From Nymphaea colorata (Eukaryota), in assembly GCF_008831285.2 (NCBI RefSeq), contig NC_045138.2, positions 42,408,001 through 42,472,000 of the forward strand: a stretch of 64,000 bases of DNA, in the 5' to 3' direction. Position 1 is the first letter of the stretch; every line of letters begins with the position of its first letter. A model generated the notes under the pieces. It was not told where the DNA came from, did not search any database, and saw only the letters and a list, made by a program, of their open reading frames with translations. The position numbers were made by a program, and so were the translations under genes. Shown here piece after piece: positions 48,803 through 63,829 of the stretch.

Positions 48803-51800
48803 TGTCACACCCCAAAGATTTTGAACCCTCATATAACCTTTTTTTTTGTTAGAACATAAAACGTCAAGGTGTGACGATACAATAATTAAAAAGGAGTTAT
48901 GCACATCAAATGACAATGGGGCAAACATTTCATAGTATAGCAAATTCAGTTTATACAAAATCATTTCATATTTCTCAATGAGACACATGACCAGAATGCC
49001 CCAAAGCCACAACATTAATGTTTAACAAAAACAAGACGTCAATGAGATCAAAACATGACATGTCGACATGACAAGAGACCCAAAATCTCCTTAGTAGAAT
49101 GTGAGCAGAGCCATCTGATCAACCTACAGCCCTAGGTTCGCCAAAACCTAAAAAAAAATAAACAACAGAAGACTTAACCTTCACAATATGACAACAAACC
49201 AGATGAATCCCAAACCCTCTAAGGTGAAGGCTCAAATATGGAACATAATGTATGCAGAATTAGAAACACTATGTTGTCATAATAAGCGTATGCAATCATT
49301 AAGACTTGTCATGGGAGTCCCTCACATATTCCACAATATGTAGGGACTTATGAATATCCACAATCCATACATCATATTCAATTTAAACACATTCACTTCA
49401 TTCACATTTGCTTCATTTAAATTCATTTCATTTACATCAATTCAGTGAATTGATAGCTTACATAGATGAAAATATAGGCGCGTGCACACCACGAGTTCAT
49501 TTCATTCACATTTGCTTCATGTACATCAATTCAATGAATTGACAACTTATATGGATGAAAATATAGGCGCGTACACCACGAGCGACCTACAATCGAGAGA
49601 CAACCCCCGTAGTGGTTTGAAATGATACAGATCCATTCATGCTACAGTGCTAGAGCAATAATCATGGATGTGTGAATCCTAAGGAGAGTTGCTCAATGCT
49701 CCAAACACATCACACAATAATATCTTGGGGCCTTGCACCGCCTGCGCTCCGAGCAGGCGAGACCAGTGGTGAGGGTGGGATGTATTTTAAACTTAGCTAT
49801 AACCCATGGCCTCCCATCAATTATTCTTTCTTACTTATCATCACGAGAACACCTTCACAATAGGACCAGCTGGCACACAGGTTGGTTCATTCATGAGTGT
49901 ACTCATACCTCAAATGCCTCCATAAGAGGGTTACACATTCAGTCAACACTCTTATCTTGGTATCATACTTTATGAGTACTTCTGCCCTTCAAATTCATTC
50001 AATTGCATTGCTGCCCAATAGCAATGCATACAAAAATCTTATAGCATTCACATCAATCAAGCATAACCATCACATCATATAAAAACTTAGTTGAACCACG
50101 AAGAGCAGTCTCAATTTGTGGTTTGCTACTAGCTGCACTATGTAAATATCATGTTAGAATGTTCATTAATATGCAATCGGGGTCGAGGAGATACTTGATT
50201 TGATAGCTTGCCTAATTTGTCCTAAATTGTTATAATTTCTAACATGCACGTGCCATTGCATAATAATTTAAAAATGATCAGTCAATTTTATAATCTTTCA
50301 ATCACATACATACATTCACGTGACAATAAACACATTATATTACATATCATTTAACAAAACACAATCATATGATGCGATGATCCTAAAAAAGCACACGCTC
50401 TACATTTGGCCTCAGGCAGGGATTTGTCTGGAATGTCACCCTACCTATCGCACATCACTACAAACACCCAACATTACCTTGTGTTCTAAATCCTATTACT
50501 CAAGGTCTACTTGATGTGCCCGGTGCATTTGCCAAAAAATTAAAGTGCTAGGTTTTCCATTCATTTCGCTCTAAAATCTAGATAGGTAAGAAATAGGACC
50601 ATTGAGACGTCGTAGGCCATCGTCTCAAGAGGGTGCTGACAGATAGCTTTGGCCCATAAAACCGTCCAACAAGTTTTTCTTATCTTTTCGATGTTATGAC
50701 AGATTGATTTAAATTCCAACACCTTGATTCAACCTATCGGTAGTATGTTTCTTAACTTGCTTTCTTAGTTGAAGCATCATCTTGGTAGTCATGTTTCTCT
50801 AGTTGTCAATTTGATGATGACAACTCTAACTCACTAGTAGGAGCGTAAAATTAATCAAATCCCCACGAAATAAGAATTATTATAACACCCTAGCATATGC
50901 CCAAAACCAAAAAATTTACATGTTCTGTTGTCCCTTCAAATCATAATTTCATGTGCAACCCAACATTTCCACAAACAACAAAATATTCGTATCAATGATA
51001 GCTTGCATCAGAAGTTTATCAAAATAGTCCTAAACCTTCCTCACATTGCAAAAATCTCTTCCATGATACCTAACTGCTTCAAATATTAACCTACCATGCT
51101 AAAGAGATGGTTATATACATTCTTAGGGCAAAAGTTCAATAAAATAAGGCTTATTTAGTCATACTCACACCTCCCATAGCATCTAAGCTGTTGTAGTGTC
51201 CTGACAGCCACCCCAAATGCTCGACTGAACCCCAAACAGCCAAGCCTATATGCTATCATTGCCTCCAACACCTTCTATTCGCTGGTGTGAGGGGAAGTCG
51301 TACTCTTCCAACTACCAAATTCAAAACAGCCCTAATGAGCATGAGAATGAGCAAGAGAGAGGTATCAACATTAGAAGAGACATCCAGTTGAGAAGGAGAT
51401 GGTTCAGTTGAGGGGGACCCACACATAGGAGAGAGAGACAACAATGGAGAGACGAAGAGAGAGACAAAAGAATGATATTTTAGGCGAGGGAAGAAAACAG
51501 GTGAGAGGGAGAGTGCTTGGGAGGGAGAGGGTAGAGAGATATGCGAGAGTAAGAGATAGTGAGGGTGAGAGGTGGCTGGCGGGAGAGAGTGTGAGTAGAG
51601 AGACGAGAGAGTAAAGGCAAAGGAGGGAGAGAGTGCGGGAGACCAGGGGAGTCTGTGAAGAAGGGTTCAGTTGAGGAAGAACTTGAGGCAAGATGGAAGG
51701 CAAGAGTGGGCGACAGTGAGGGCGAGAAGACTCGAGACAGAGATGGAGAAGAGCCGAGATGCAATAGAGGGCAAGTAAGAAGGAGAAGGTACAAGAGACA

Positions 51801-54800
51801 GAGAGAAATCGAGAGGGGCTTACCTCAGCACTGCCGCCCTTCACCTCTGCTAGTTCCTTAGCCGCCGCTTCCTCTTCCACCTCCTGTTCCTCTGTGTCAA
51901 CTCCCAGCGAGAGACAAATAGGGAGAGCCCTACGTCATGCCTTCCTCTTCACGTGGGTGGGATTCAGGTCTGGGTCTGGACTCTAATCCAAACCGACCTG
52001 CCAAAATGCTGCTCATTATATCCTGCCCTCCTTAAACCAAATTTTGTCCTCGAAATTTCGATCATACCTCAATGTAAGAATAGGAGTGGATACTTCTTTT
52101 GCATATCAGCCTCGAGCTCCCATGTGTTCTCCTTCAACCCATGGTGTTGCCATTCACTTTTACTTAAGGAATTCCCTTAGCGTGAAGTATTTGCTCTCTT
52201 TGATCCACAATTCTAATAGGTTTTTCTTTCATCATCAAATCATCTTGCACCTAAAAACCTAAAAAATCAATCATGTGTGTAGAATCTGACACATATTTTG
52301 AAGTATGGAGACGAGGAAAATGTCATGAACATGACTCAAGTTAGGTGGTACTGCCAATCTGTACGACACATCTTAGACTTTCTCTGATATCTCAAACGGC
52401 CTAATGAACCTCGCGCTCAACTTTCCTTAATACAAAATCAAAAAACGCCTTTAGTAGGTGAAATTTTCAAAAACACATTATCACCAACCTCAAAAGTCAA
52501 CTCTCTACGTCGAATGTTAGCATAACTCTTCTGTTTACTTTGAGCTGTCAATAACTTTTTCCTTATAAATTGTACTTAGTCAATACAACATCAAAGGGTT
52601 TTCGATCTTGCCATTACCCATTTCAATCCAATAAGTTGGCGATCTACATGGCCTTTTATATAATGTCTCGAAAGGTGTCATCTTGATACTAGATGGTACC
52701 TGTTATTATATGCAAACTTTGTCAATTTCACATGTTTATGTCATTCTCATTTCCAGTCTAAAACATAAGCATGTAACATGTCCTCTAAGGTCTAGATGAT
52801 CCTCTCAGATTTTCCATTAGTTTGGGGGTTCTGCTCAGTTTAAGTTTGGTACCTAATGCCTTTTGCAATTGTTCCTAAAACCTACAGGTAAAACGTGGAT
52901 CTCCATTTGCAATAATAGATTTGGTACTCCATGTAGTTTCATTATCTCACCAATATATAACACTACGAGACTTTTCAATGAATAACTGATTCTGATTAGC
53001 AGAAAATGAACTGACTTTATAAGTTGATCAACAGTCACTCATATGGCATCATGTTGTCTCTTGGTGTGAGGCAAACCAACCACCAAATCTATTTTAATGT
53101 CCTCCCATTTCTTCACTAGAATATTTATCATCTGTAACAAGCCTCTTGGCTGTTGATGTTTTGTTTTGAACCATTGACAAACTAAACATTTTGCGACATA
53201 TTCTATAATATCACGCTTCATTCCAGACCACCAATAATTTCATTTTATATCCTAAAACATCTTTATAGTGCTAGAGTATATGAAAAATTTGGATTTATGA
53301 GCTTCATCAAGCAACTAATGCTTAACCCTTTCATCTCTAGGAACCCATAATCTTTGTCAAAACCACAGTAAACCATCTTCATCTTGATACCAAGAAAAAT
53401 TTGTCAGCTTACTTTATTTCATGTTTTTAGCAAAATCAAGGTCTTTTTTTTCTTCAATATAAGCTCCTCCAACAATGGATTGTATTAAGGCAGTCATTGT
53501 TGCTTTGTTCTTATCACATAGGTGAGGCTGCCATGCTATCACATCTTGTAACAATGCCCAATAGTGATTCATCATACTACATATCATTGCCTTTGCATGC
53601 CTGTTCAAAGCATCAACCACCATATTTGCTTTTACTAGATGATATGATATTTGAAATCGCAATCCTTTAAGTACTGAATCCATCTTTTTTGCCTTAGAAT
53701 GATATCCTTTTGAGAGAATATGTATTTCAACAACTTTATGGTTTGTAAACACTTCGAACATTGTCTTGTAGAGATAGTGTCTCCATATCTTTTATGCGAA
53801 TACTACCCCGCTCATAATGTCAAATCATGAGTAGGATAATGCTTCTCATGTATCTTCAACTGAGCCACCACATGACAATGTTGCATCAGCTATAACCAAT
53901 TTTTGATGCATCAGTGTATATCAAAAATCCAAAATTACTAGATAGAAACATCAAGATAGGTGTGGTGGTAAGTTTGTCCTTCAAAGTTTAGAAACTCTTT
54001 TATTACTCCTTATCCCAAACATACTTCATTCCTTTTCTTAATAGCTTATTTATGGGTGTAGCTATTTTCGAAAAGTATTGTATAAAGCTATGATAGTACC
54101 CTACTAATCCCAATATCCTTCTAACCTCAATTGCGTTGTGTGGCATCCTCCAATCCTGTACTACAGACACCTTAGCCGGATCTATGGAAACTCCATCTTT
54201 TGAAAACATAAGACCAAGGAAGTTTACCTTGTCTAGCAAAAATTCACATTTTGAGTACTTGATATATAACTTATGTTTGCACAAAATCCTAAATACACTC
54301 CTTAAGTGATCTTTGTGCTCTGCCTCACTATTTAAATACACCAAAATATCATCCACAAATACAATAACAAATCTATCCAAGTAGTCTTGGAAAACACAAT
54401 TCATGAGATCCATAAACGTTGTAGAAGTATTGACAAACTCAAAAGGTATGACCCTAAATTCATAGTAACCATATCTAGTTTGAAACATAGTCTTAGTCAC
54501 ATCTTCCTCCCATGTCAAAAGTTGATGATAACATATTCTTATATCAATCATGGAAAACATCTTTGTGTTCTTGAACTGATCAAACAAGTCCTCAATTCTA
54601 GAAAGCGGATACTTATTTTTTATAGTGACTTGATTTAATATGCAGTAATCTATACAAAAGTACATCATCCCATGCTTCTTCTTAACAAACAACATGAGTG
54701 ACCCCCAATGTGACATGTTGGGTCAAATGAAGCCCTCATCTAAGAGCTCATGTAGTTATTTCTTCAATTATTCTAACTCTACTGATGCCATATGACATGA

Positions 54801-57663
54801 TGCCTTAGAAATGAGAGTTGTCTCTAGTAACAACTCTATCTTGAATTCAAATTTCTATGTTGGAGGAAAACTCTTTGACTCTTCAGGAAACACACCGGGG
54901 TACTCACTTACAATGACAACATTTTTTAACTTCAACAGCTTAGTCTTGCTCGTCAACAAGTTGACCAAGCATGCAACACTCCCCTTTTCTAACAATCATT
55001 TAGCCTTTAGTGTAGACACCATTATCTTATCAGTTCGACTGACTTTTCGAGCTTGGAACTCTACTGGCTACATCTCCTGAGTCAACAACTGTATTTACTA
55101 CTTTTTGTAATTTTATTAGCATAATGCGTATATAGCAAATCCATGCCTAGAATAACATTGAACCCACTTTGACTTATGATCACCAACTGTGCATGAAAAT
55201 AATGTTGATGGATCTCTACATTCACATTAAGTAGATATTGGTTACATGAATCTTGAGCATGCATACGACTGACCAATTTTAAGACATATACATCATCTCA
55301 GCCAACAGTTCTAGTGAAATGGCAAATTGACTAGATATGGAAGAATGAGTCATCCCTGCATCAAATAATACTCTAGCAATGTAAGAACTAACAAGTAATA
55401 TAACTTCAATGAGTTCATGTGCCTAAAGCTCATCCATGGTGGTCGCGTAGACATGTCTGATAGTCTTTGGTGCTCTTGAAGGACCTGCCTCGAACTTCTT
55501 CAACTCTTTTTCATGCATTTTGGGGCAATCTTTGATAAAATGTCTCATCTTTCCACAGTATCAAAACGATCTAGTCTCCTTATAACACGACTTCCTGGTG
55601 TGCACATTTGAGCAAGTGGCTCAGTAAAGTCAAAGTAGTTACTACCTCTTGTGTAGTGTCACTGTGGGTAGGCTTATTCCGCTTGAATGCTTTGTCATCT
55701 CGCTTCTTATAAGGCTTTCAAATGTCCATGAGGTTGTGGTGCTTGGCTTGCATCTCCCACTATGCGAGTGCTAGCTTGTCTTCTTATGATGGTCCCTTTG
55801 CATTCTTTCCCATCCTTTTCCATGCATCTAGCCATGGGGACCACCTCATTCAAATTGTGAGGCTTGCTAGACATCACCTTGCTTCGTAGTCTGTTACGCA
55901 AATAATATACAAACTTGTCGAGTCTGGCCTCATCAGTGGTGTAGACATTTCTACGTGTCGATACTTAGTAACATACTCCTCCAAGATTATATGATTTTTG
56001 TGGTAACTTAAGAAACCCTTGCATTTTTTTGTTTCTTGCATGTGTTGAGAAGTAGGTGTTGAAGAATGAACTCGCTACAATGGTAGAGCAATCATCCATG
56101 GGTGTGTGAACCTCAAGGAGATTTGCTCAACCTTCCCTAAGACACACAAGTTGGGAAGGTAGGAGCCCAACACCCCAAGCACATCGCGCAACAATATTTT
56201 CGGGCTTTGCACCGCCTGCGCTCCGAGTAGGCGAGACCAGTTGCAAGGGTGGGCATATTTCCATAACCCACTGGCCTCCCATCAATTATTCTTTTTTAAC
56301 TTATCATTATGAGAATACTTTCACAATGGGACCGGCTAGCACATGAGGTTGGTTCACTTCAGGAGAGTACCTGTACCTCAAACACCTTCATAAGAGGGTT
56401 ACACATTCAGTCAATACTCTTATCTAGCCATCATACTTTATTGGTACTTCTACCCTTAAAATTCATTTAATTGCGTAGCTACCCAATGGCAATGCATACA
56501 AAAAACTTATAGCATTCACATCGATCAAACATAACCATCACATCATACAAAAACTTAGCCAAACCATAGAGAGTAGTCTTGATCTGCGATTGGCTTGTAG
56601 CTGTTATATGCAAAAATCATGTTAGGATGCTCACTAATATACAATTGTAATCAAAGAGATACTCAACGTAATACCTCACCTAATCTGTCCTAAATAGCTA
56701 TAATTTCTATCATGCGCATGCCATCATGTAATAATTTTAAAATAATCAGCCAATCTCATAGTCATTTAATCACACACATACATTCATGTGGCAATAAATT
56801 GTATCACACATCATTTAACAGAACACAATCATAGGATCCAACGATCCTAAGCACACACTCTATATTTGGCTCCAAGTAGGGATTTGCTTAGAATGCCACC
56901 ATACCTATCACATGTTGCTACAAACACCAAAAATCACCTCGAGCTCCAAATCCTGTCACTCAAGGTCTACTTGATGTGCCCGGTGCACCTGCAAAAATTC
57001 AAAGTAGTAAGTTTTCCATTCATTTCACTCTAAAATCTAGATAGGTAAGAAATAGGACCATTGAGGCATATGTCATCATTTCAAGTGGGTGTCGACAGGT
57101 TGTATCGGCCCATAAAGCCCTCCAATAAGTTTTTTTCATCTTTTTGAGGTTATGACCGATTGATCTGAACTCCAACACCTTGATTCAACATATCAGTAGT
57201 ATGTTTCTTAACTTGCTTTCTTAGTTGAAACGTCATCCAAGTAGTCATACTTCCCCAGTTGTCAATTCGATGACAACTCTAACTCACTAGTAAGGGCACA
57301 AACGTAATCAAATCCCATGAAATAAGCATTATTATATCACCTTAAGGTATGTCCGAACCCTAATAATTTACACGTTTTGTTGTCCCTTCAAATCATAATT
57401 TCACATGTGACCCAACATTCCTATAAACAAATGAAATATTAATATCAATGATAACATGCATCAAACATTCCTGAAAACAATCTTGAACTTTCCCCACATT
57501 ATCAAAATCTCTTCCATGCTCCCTAACCACTTCAAATATTAACCCATCGTGTTAAAGAGATAATTATATACATTCTTAGGGCAAAAATTCAATAAAATTA
57601 TTCTTGTTTAGCCCTACTCACCCCTCTTATAGTGTCTAACCTGCTGTAGTGTCCTGGCAGCCA
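48803..57663 (-). mobile_element. Tekay/Del chromovirus, degenerate: partial 5' LTR (56074-57663), gag-PR-RT-RH-IN-chromodomain, PPT, full 3' LTR (48803-52020)
   Basis: gag FFNTYF, zinc knuckle CGKMRHFIKDCP, protease VLFDAG, RT FVKKK..CIDY..VIVFVDDILVY, integrase VAKCLVCQ..KWEDIKIDLVVGLP, chromodomain-like NTWELEADMQKKYP at about 52090-52130. PPT AAGGAGGGCAGGA at 52021-52033. LTR ends GGGGTGTGACA at 48803. 56074-57663 repeats about 49640-51210. Confidence 0.93.
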
Positions 57664-59049
57664 AATATTATTTTGTTAGTTTTGGCTTGTTTCGTATTGG
57701 TCATTATTCAAATTGTGTTTTGGCTTTAAATGCTCAAATTTTATTTAGATTATGTTGGAAAGAGTAATTGTGGCAAAAGCTTTGACAATGATGGACAGAG
57801 ACAGGGATGTTTTTCATGGTTGGTTATCAGATGGACTTGATGAACCAGAGGAAGGAATGCAATGGAAGAGAGGTAGAGATATAAAGGAAAAACGTGGAGA
57901 ACGAGTGGGTGGTGAAAGGATTTGCAACTAAGGATTTCATTTGAGTGAATTTTTAAGAGTTAACTTACAAATTTAAGAAGCCTATGGATTAGTTGTGGTC
58001 ATGTGAAGTTTTTGCCTCTTCATCGACAAACAATCACCTCTTCAATGGAATTCACTAATTGCCCTATATGTGAGTCCTATGTAGTAGAAAGCTTATCCCT
58101 TGTATGCACAATCTACCACCTGATGGCCTCTCTCCCTATCTCTCCCTAAAATCTCTAAAATCCTACTCTTCTCTTTCCAACCTCTTCATCTTTTCTCTCT
58201 ACCATGTGACTATTATAACCCGTAGGAGAGAAAATATTATGTGAGTGAATGTTTTGTTTGTAAAGCTGTTGTGAATATAGTCATTCACAATGAGATATGC
58301 TCTACCACCATTTATAGCTAATACTTGCTCTTGTTTTAGTGACGTGTGGTTGTGTGCTAATAAAAGTTGTGCACATTGTTATAGTTGTACTTTATAGTTG
58401 TGTGTGACACTGAATTTAATAGCCCTTCATCTCAATGCTTGGTGCCTATCTTGAAAGATGCAAAATTAGATGACTAGATCCATATAGCGCCCTTGTAAAA
58501 TGACAATAATAACAATATGTTTCTAAGGTTTGGTTACCTAAAATTATTAATGGCTTTGAAATACTTGCACCGTTCTATGCATTTTTCTTTTATGACCAGA
58601 TTGTTCTTTGATTTTCTTTAGTATTGAAGAACTAAAAAGTTTTTAACCATTAGTTTGACATTGAATATCCAATTTTATTATAGTCTTCATCTGATTTTGG
58701 TGTTTGATGCAATGCATAACTATGTGGGTGTTATGGTTTTGTTATATATACCAGTTATCATTTCATATGGTTTGCTGGTATATTTCGCGAGCTTTATCAT
58801 ATGCTTGCATATTTTTATTTACACATCATTGAGGAGAGAGATGGGAAGAGAGAGAGTAAAAGAATTCCATTAAATAGGACAAGCAACTCGTACTAGGAAA
58901 ATGATAAAAAAAAAAAGCCAAACAAAACCCTTCAAAAATAATAGGTAGCCAACCCTATAGAAATAAAAATAGCCACAAAAGATCTATGTTATAGCAGCCG
59001 AAATTAAAAACCAATAGAAGCGATGGGCCATTTATGAGACCAAGAAATG

Positions 59050-62000
59050 CAGTGCCAACAAGTGACGCATATCAAGAAATGCAGTGCCCTAAGAGAGAGA
59101 ATTAGTTAGTAGAGCTTCAATAGACAAGTGTGAGGGTTTCTTTGCTAGATCACTGGGAAAGGAAAACCAGCAAGAGATGGAGGCAGAGAGTTCGATGTGG
59201 GGGAGGCATCGAAGTCGAAGAGTTGGCCGACATTTTTGTGGACGATGAGAAACCAAACTTGCCGATGTGCCCAAGCAGAAGTCTCAATGAAGGGAGAAGC
59301 CCTGATGGTGGCAATCCATTGTCAAGTGTCTTAGAAAATGAAGGAGCCCTTTTAGTTTGCTGAAGTGGTGTGCCTTACAAAGTAGTAGGTTTTAGTGAAA
59401 AACCTACAATCTCTATTATAGGTAATGGGAAATTTTTAGTATGTCCAGACAATGAACAAGAATTGGAAATGGTGCTCTTGAGGAACGTGTGGAGGGTAGG
59501 GGCTCGATACCTTATCACCAATAGATGGTCCTCCTCGCATAAAAATGAACATCAATGAAGAGGCAACTATATCAATTTTGGGTCCAACTTCTAGGGTTTC
59601 TAGCAACTTTATGGAACTACACTTACCAAGGTGTAGCCAAGGCTTTGAAGGGCATCTACACATGTGAACACCGCTACTCAAAGTCCTGGGGAGGCTAAGT
59701 TTCACAAGGATTGATTTGGAAGTCCCAATGAGTTTCAATTTGGTGCCCAAGGTTAAGCTCGGTTTGAGGGGAGAAAAGATGGTAGAGCAAGAAATAAAAA
59801 ATGAGACGAAAGTCCCCTTTTGTGACCATTATGGGGCTTTCACACATTCCTCCTCCATCTATTGAAGGAAAGGACCAATGGAAGAAGGGGTGGTGACACA
59901 AGAGGGCACATGATACAAGGTGAGGGAAAATCTCCAGCAAAATAGGCAGCCTCTATCGGGTGGTAGGCCCAATCTGATGAGTGTAAGAAAAAAATGGAGG
60001 CTCCTCATCAAAGCAAGAGGAAGGGGAAGGCCCAATCCTGAAATTAACCAGGAAGTGATTAAGCTTGCTAGAGGGCATGCCCATGCGGGTTAAACAAGGA
60101 CTCAAGTTGACAAGGCAAAAGAGGGCTCAGGCCAACCCGCTAGCCCTTGTGCATTACAAAGAGAAGCCCAATATGGGTATGCCTTTAGACATCATAAATT
60201 TAATCCTTTTACAACTTTTGTTAATGGCGCTATGGACTTGGATAGCTTAACCCCCTCCCCTTCTTAGGGTATGAGTTCAAGTCTGGTTCCTAATTGTGGG
60301 ATAATGGGTCAAGGAACAAAGGATTGGGTGAGGTGTAGAAGTCTTCTCAGTTGTTCACAAGCATCAGCAAGGGAAATGGTAAAAAGGGCAACAAAGCTTA
60401 GGCATTACCAAATCTGATGGCTGGATCCCTCTCGAAGACAAAATCAACTAGGAGAAGATAACAAGGGATGGATCAAGGTTGGTAAAAACAATTGAAAAAC
60501 TAAATTTGGTTGTCAGAGATGGAGCTGGACCTATCCAACATAATGACAATCTTATGGAAGTGGTAAACAAGTGGGGTTTGTGCATGCTAGTCCAACATGA
60601 CCTCATGAACTTGTAAAATAACATAAATCCTGATCTTCATGTTTTGATTAGCACTCAAATTAAAAGAATTGTGCAAGAGAATCTTGCAAAAAGAAGTGAC
60701 AACTATGGATGATGTGCGAAGGAAGACACTGAACGTGGCCATGCTTGCATAATTTTCATGTGGAAAGCAAACAAAATGAAAGAGGTGGAATAGAAGAAGA
60801 ACATGTGGTGGTTGGAAGGTGTGTTTAGAAGTAATGATGCCCCAAACTTCCTCATGAGGGTAATAGAACTATCCTTGCCTAATCACCCTAATGAGAAAAG
60901 CGGCTTTAGTGGAGATTGATGGGAAATAAATAGTTTGGCCATGCCTATGATTCTTATTGGTGACTTTACCAAACATGAGGACAGGAAGCAAGAAAATGAG
61001 TAAGGATATGAATCTCCACTCTTTTCATGACCTCAATAGCTTTATCAATATGTGCAGTTTAGTAGACCTACAGGATGGAGAAAGCAACTTCACTTGGGAC
61101 AATAAGTGAATGGTCACTTGGGATAATAGGCAAATGGATGAGGATAGGATTTTTTTCAATTTAAACTGGGTCTTCATAAAGTCTTTGGTTGGATAATCAT
61201 CATGAGAACAACCAACTCTTGACAATGTCGAAGCCATCTAGCAACCACAAGGCCCTAGTATTCAAGATACAAGTTGGCAGTCGTAAAGCCACTTATGGAG
61301 AACAATTTGGATTTATAAAATTTTGGCTCATGGAGGCTGATGTAAAGGAGATTGTTATGGAAACTTGGGCTAAGCACCAAGCTAGCTATTAGATGCCAAA
61401 GATCCTAAAGAAATTGGCAAAAAATAGGAGGTGTGGAATAGAGAGAAGTTTGGGTGCATGGAACAACAAGTAGTCGGTCTCTATGCCCAGCTAGAAGAAA
61501 TCCAAAACAAGGAGGAAAGAGTCTCTGGAAGATTGGAAGAAGAATGAAAGACAAAAAATGGTTTGAAATGGCAACTGCTCAGGAAAGAAATCATGTAGAA
61601 AAGTAAAGCTAAAGTGTGATGGCTAAGACGAGACAGGAAAACTACATTCTTCCATGCTATCATGAAAGGAGAACAAAGAAAAGAAATATCTCAGTCATGG
61701 AAATAGGAGACAACAGAGTTGATAATTTGGAAGCCATCCTGAATGGCACTTCTCACTGCTTCGATGAATTCCTAATGGATGACTCAGCCATAAGGTTCTT
61801 ACCTTCAACTTTAGCAAAGGGATCTAGGGTAACAAATCAAGAGAATGAAAGACTCCTAAGGCCAGTCACCAAGGAGGAAGTAGTGGAAGTGTTAAGGGGC
61901 ATGGACAAGAAAATTGTGGCAGACCCTGATGGATTCCCCAATAGTTTCTTTCAAGGGACACGGGATATCATAGGTGAAGACTTTATCATTGAAGTAGCCA

Positions 62001-62335
62001 GATTTTTCTTCAGTGGGAAGATGGTGGAAAGCATCAATCAGACAAACATTAGGTTTGATGCCGAAATTTGTGGGAGCCTTCAAAATCATAGATCATTGCC
62101 TAATATCTCTTTGTAACAACACTATTAATGTCATTACTAAATTAATAGTGAACAAGATGCAAAGTATTTTGATGTGTGCGATTGAAGAAAAGCAAGGGGC
62201 TTTCTGCAAAAAGTGAAAAACCATTATGCAATCAGTATGTCCAATAATATCCTTCACAAACTTAGCAAAGTCAAAAGGAAATCTGTTTGCCTTAAATTTG
62301 ACATGTCAAAAGATTATGACATGGTTTCCAACATG
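59050..62335 (+). mobile_element. L1-type LINE, degenerate and 3'-truncated (ORF1 remnant, endonuclease, start of RT)
   Basis: ORF1-like RLSFTRIDLEV..PFCDHYGAFTH. ORF2 motifs ILIGDF, FTWDN, DRIFFN, SNHKAL, TTFFH, PVTKEEVVEVLRGM..DPDGFPNSFFQ, ISLCN..ITKLIVNKM, LKFDMSKDYDMVS. Confidence 0.85.
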
Positions 62336-63548
62336 TTGTTCTTTGTCCTTACAGATAAATACTTAGACTCAACAAACCAAACATCCACAAAATCCCATAC
62401 TCATCTTAGTACATAAATTACTAATGTTAGTTCATCACAAAACTAAGGAAGTCTATCTAGGAGTCAATGATTCATCAAAACCAGCTATACAGATAGAAAT
62501 GATGGTCAAATTTGCCTGAATACAGCAATATCCAGCCATTGGTGGAGCATGGCTTGTTAAAATAGATATATAAAAATGTAAAAACAAAGCAATATGAAAA
62601 CTCATGGCTATTGCCTCAAAGCTGCATGTTTCACCTACACCCTTAATTTATAACTTACTATCATAAATGATTTATACACGACCATCATGGGTTACAAAGT
62701 CACATTGACAATCTATTGATAATTAATCCTGATCATCATGACGAGCATCAACATAAAACCCAATGGGCACAATACATAGGCAGAACAAAACATACGTTCT
62801 AGGAAATCCATATAGGTTGAGGGTAACCTATAACAAAGTTTCTTGAGATATCCTAGATTGTCATTGTAGCAATAGAGTCACACAAGACATCACTTGAACT
62901 GGTAGATTGACACCTCCACACACCTAGGTTGAGGGACCAGGAGATGTCTCATCCTCCAAATAAAAACATAAAGAGAATCACAGGCCCTTGAGTTGCTCAA
63001 CACTTTGTGGGTAGTCAAGTGTAGACAAAAGAGTGTGCAACCATGGTGAGTTCCTGCCACACCCCACCTCTTTGAACAATGCCATCTACTTGACCCAGTT
63101 GGCACTCACACATGCCATTATTTAAGACATGGTCAATGTTCTCCTTTTATGCATCTACCATTAAGATTTTCCATTACAAACCATATTCAAGTAATTTTTT
63201 ATAGAAACAAACCTTGAGAACAATTGCTGAGAATGGTTCAATTTAACTAACCACCAAGCCTGAGAGAGGGTAGAGAGAAAAATGTTATAGAGCCCTTCTA
63301 CACAAGTAAGAGCAACTAAAGTTTATTTGCATAATGTCCTTCATCAGTTCATTGGTGTGCAAGCATTTATGTCAATCATATTCATACCTTCACAATTATG
63401 TGTGTATATTCATACATATATACACATATAACTATATATATTATATGTATAACAAAAAATCTGTCGTCCATGTTTCTGCTCTTAATCAGATTTGTATTGA
63501 CAATGAACACATCTAAACCAGATAATCTGTCGTCCATATATATATATA

Positions 63549-63665
63549 GGATAATTAAAATCTTCTGGTCATCTGTCCATCTAGATGTCTCACATGTGCA
63601 GATGTATTGTATAGGGCTCTTGATGGGAGACATTTGGATTGACGAATGGTTGGAAGTTTTTAGTC
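63549..63665. mobile_element. Short fold-back element embedded in (TA)n, copy 1
   Basis: About 117 bp, near-duplicate of 63826-63945, with imperfect long inverted arms. Confidence 0.6.
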
Positions 63666-63689
63666 TCTCTCCTATACACACACACACAC

Positions 63690-63726
<37 letters not shown>

Positions 63727-63741
63727 AAATCCTTTGCCCAT

Positions 63742-63742
<1 letters not shown>

Positions 63743-63821
<79 letters not shown>
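63743..63821. repeat. (TA)n microsatellite; another at 63953-63996
   Basis: Direct reading of the sequence. Confidence 0.95.

Positions 63822-63825
<4 letters not shown>

Positions 63826-63829
<4 letters not shown>

Noticed and set aside
62890..63105. GC-richer island with a 71-aa ORF
   Set aside because: No start context, splice pattern or domain similarity that I can recognise.
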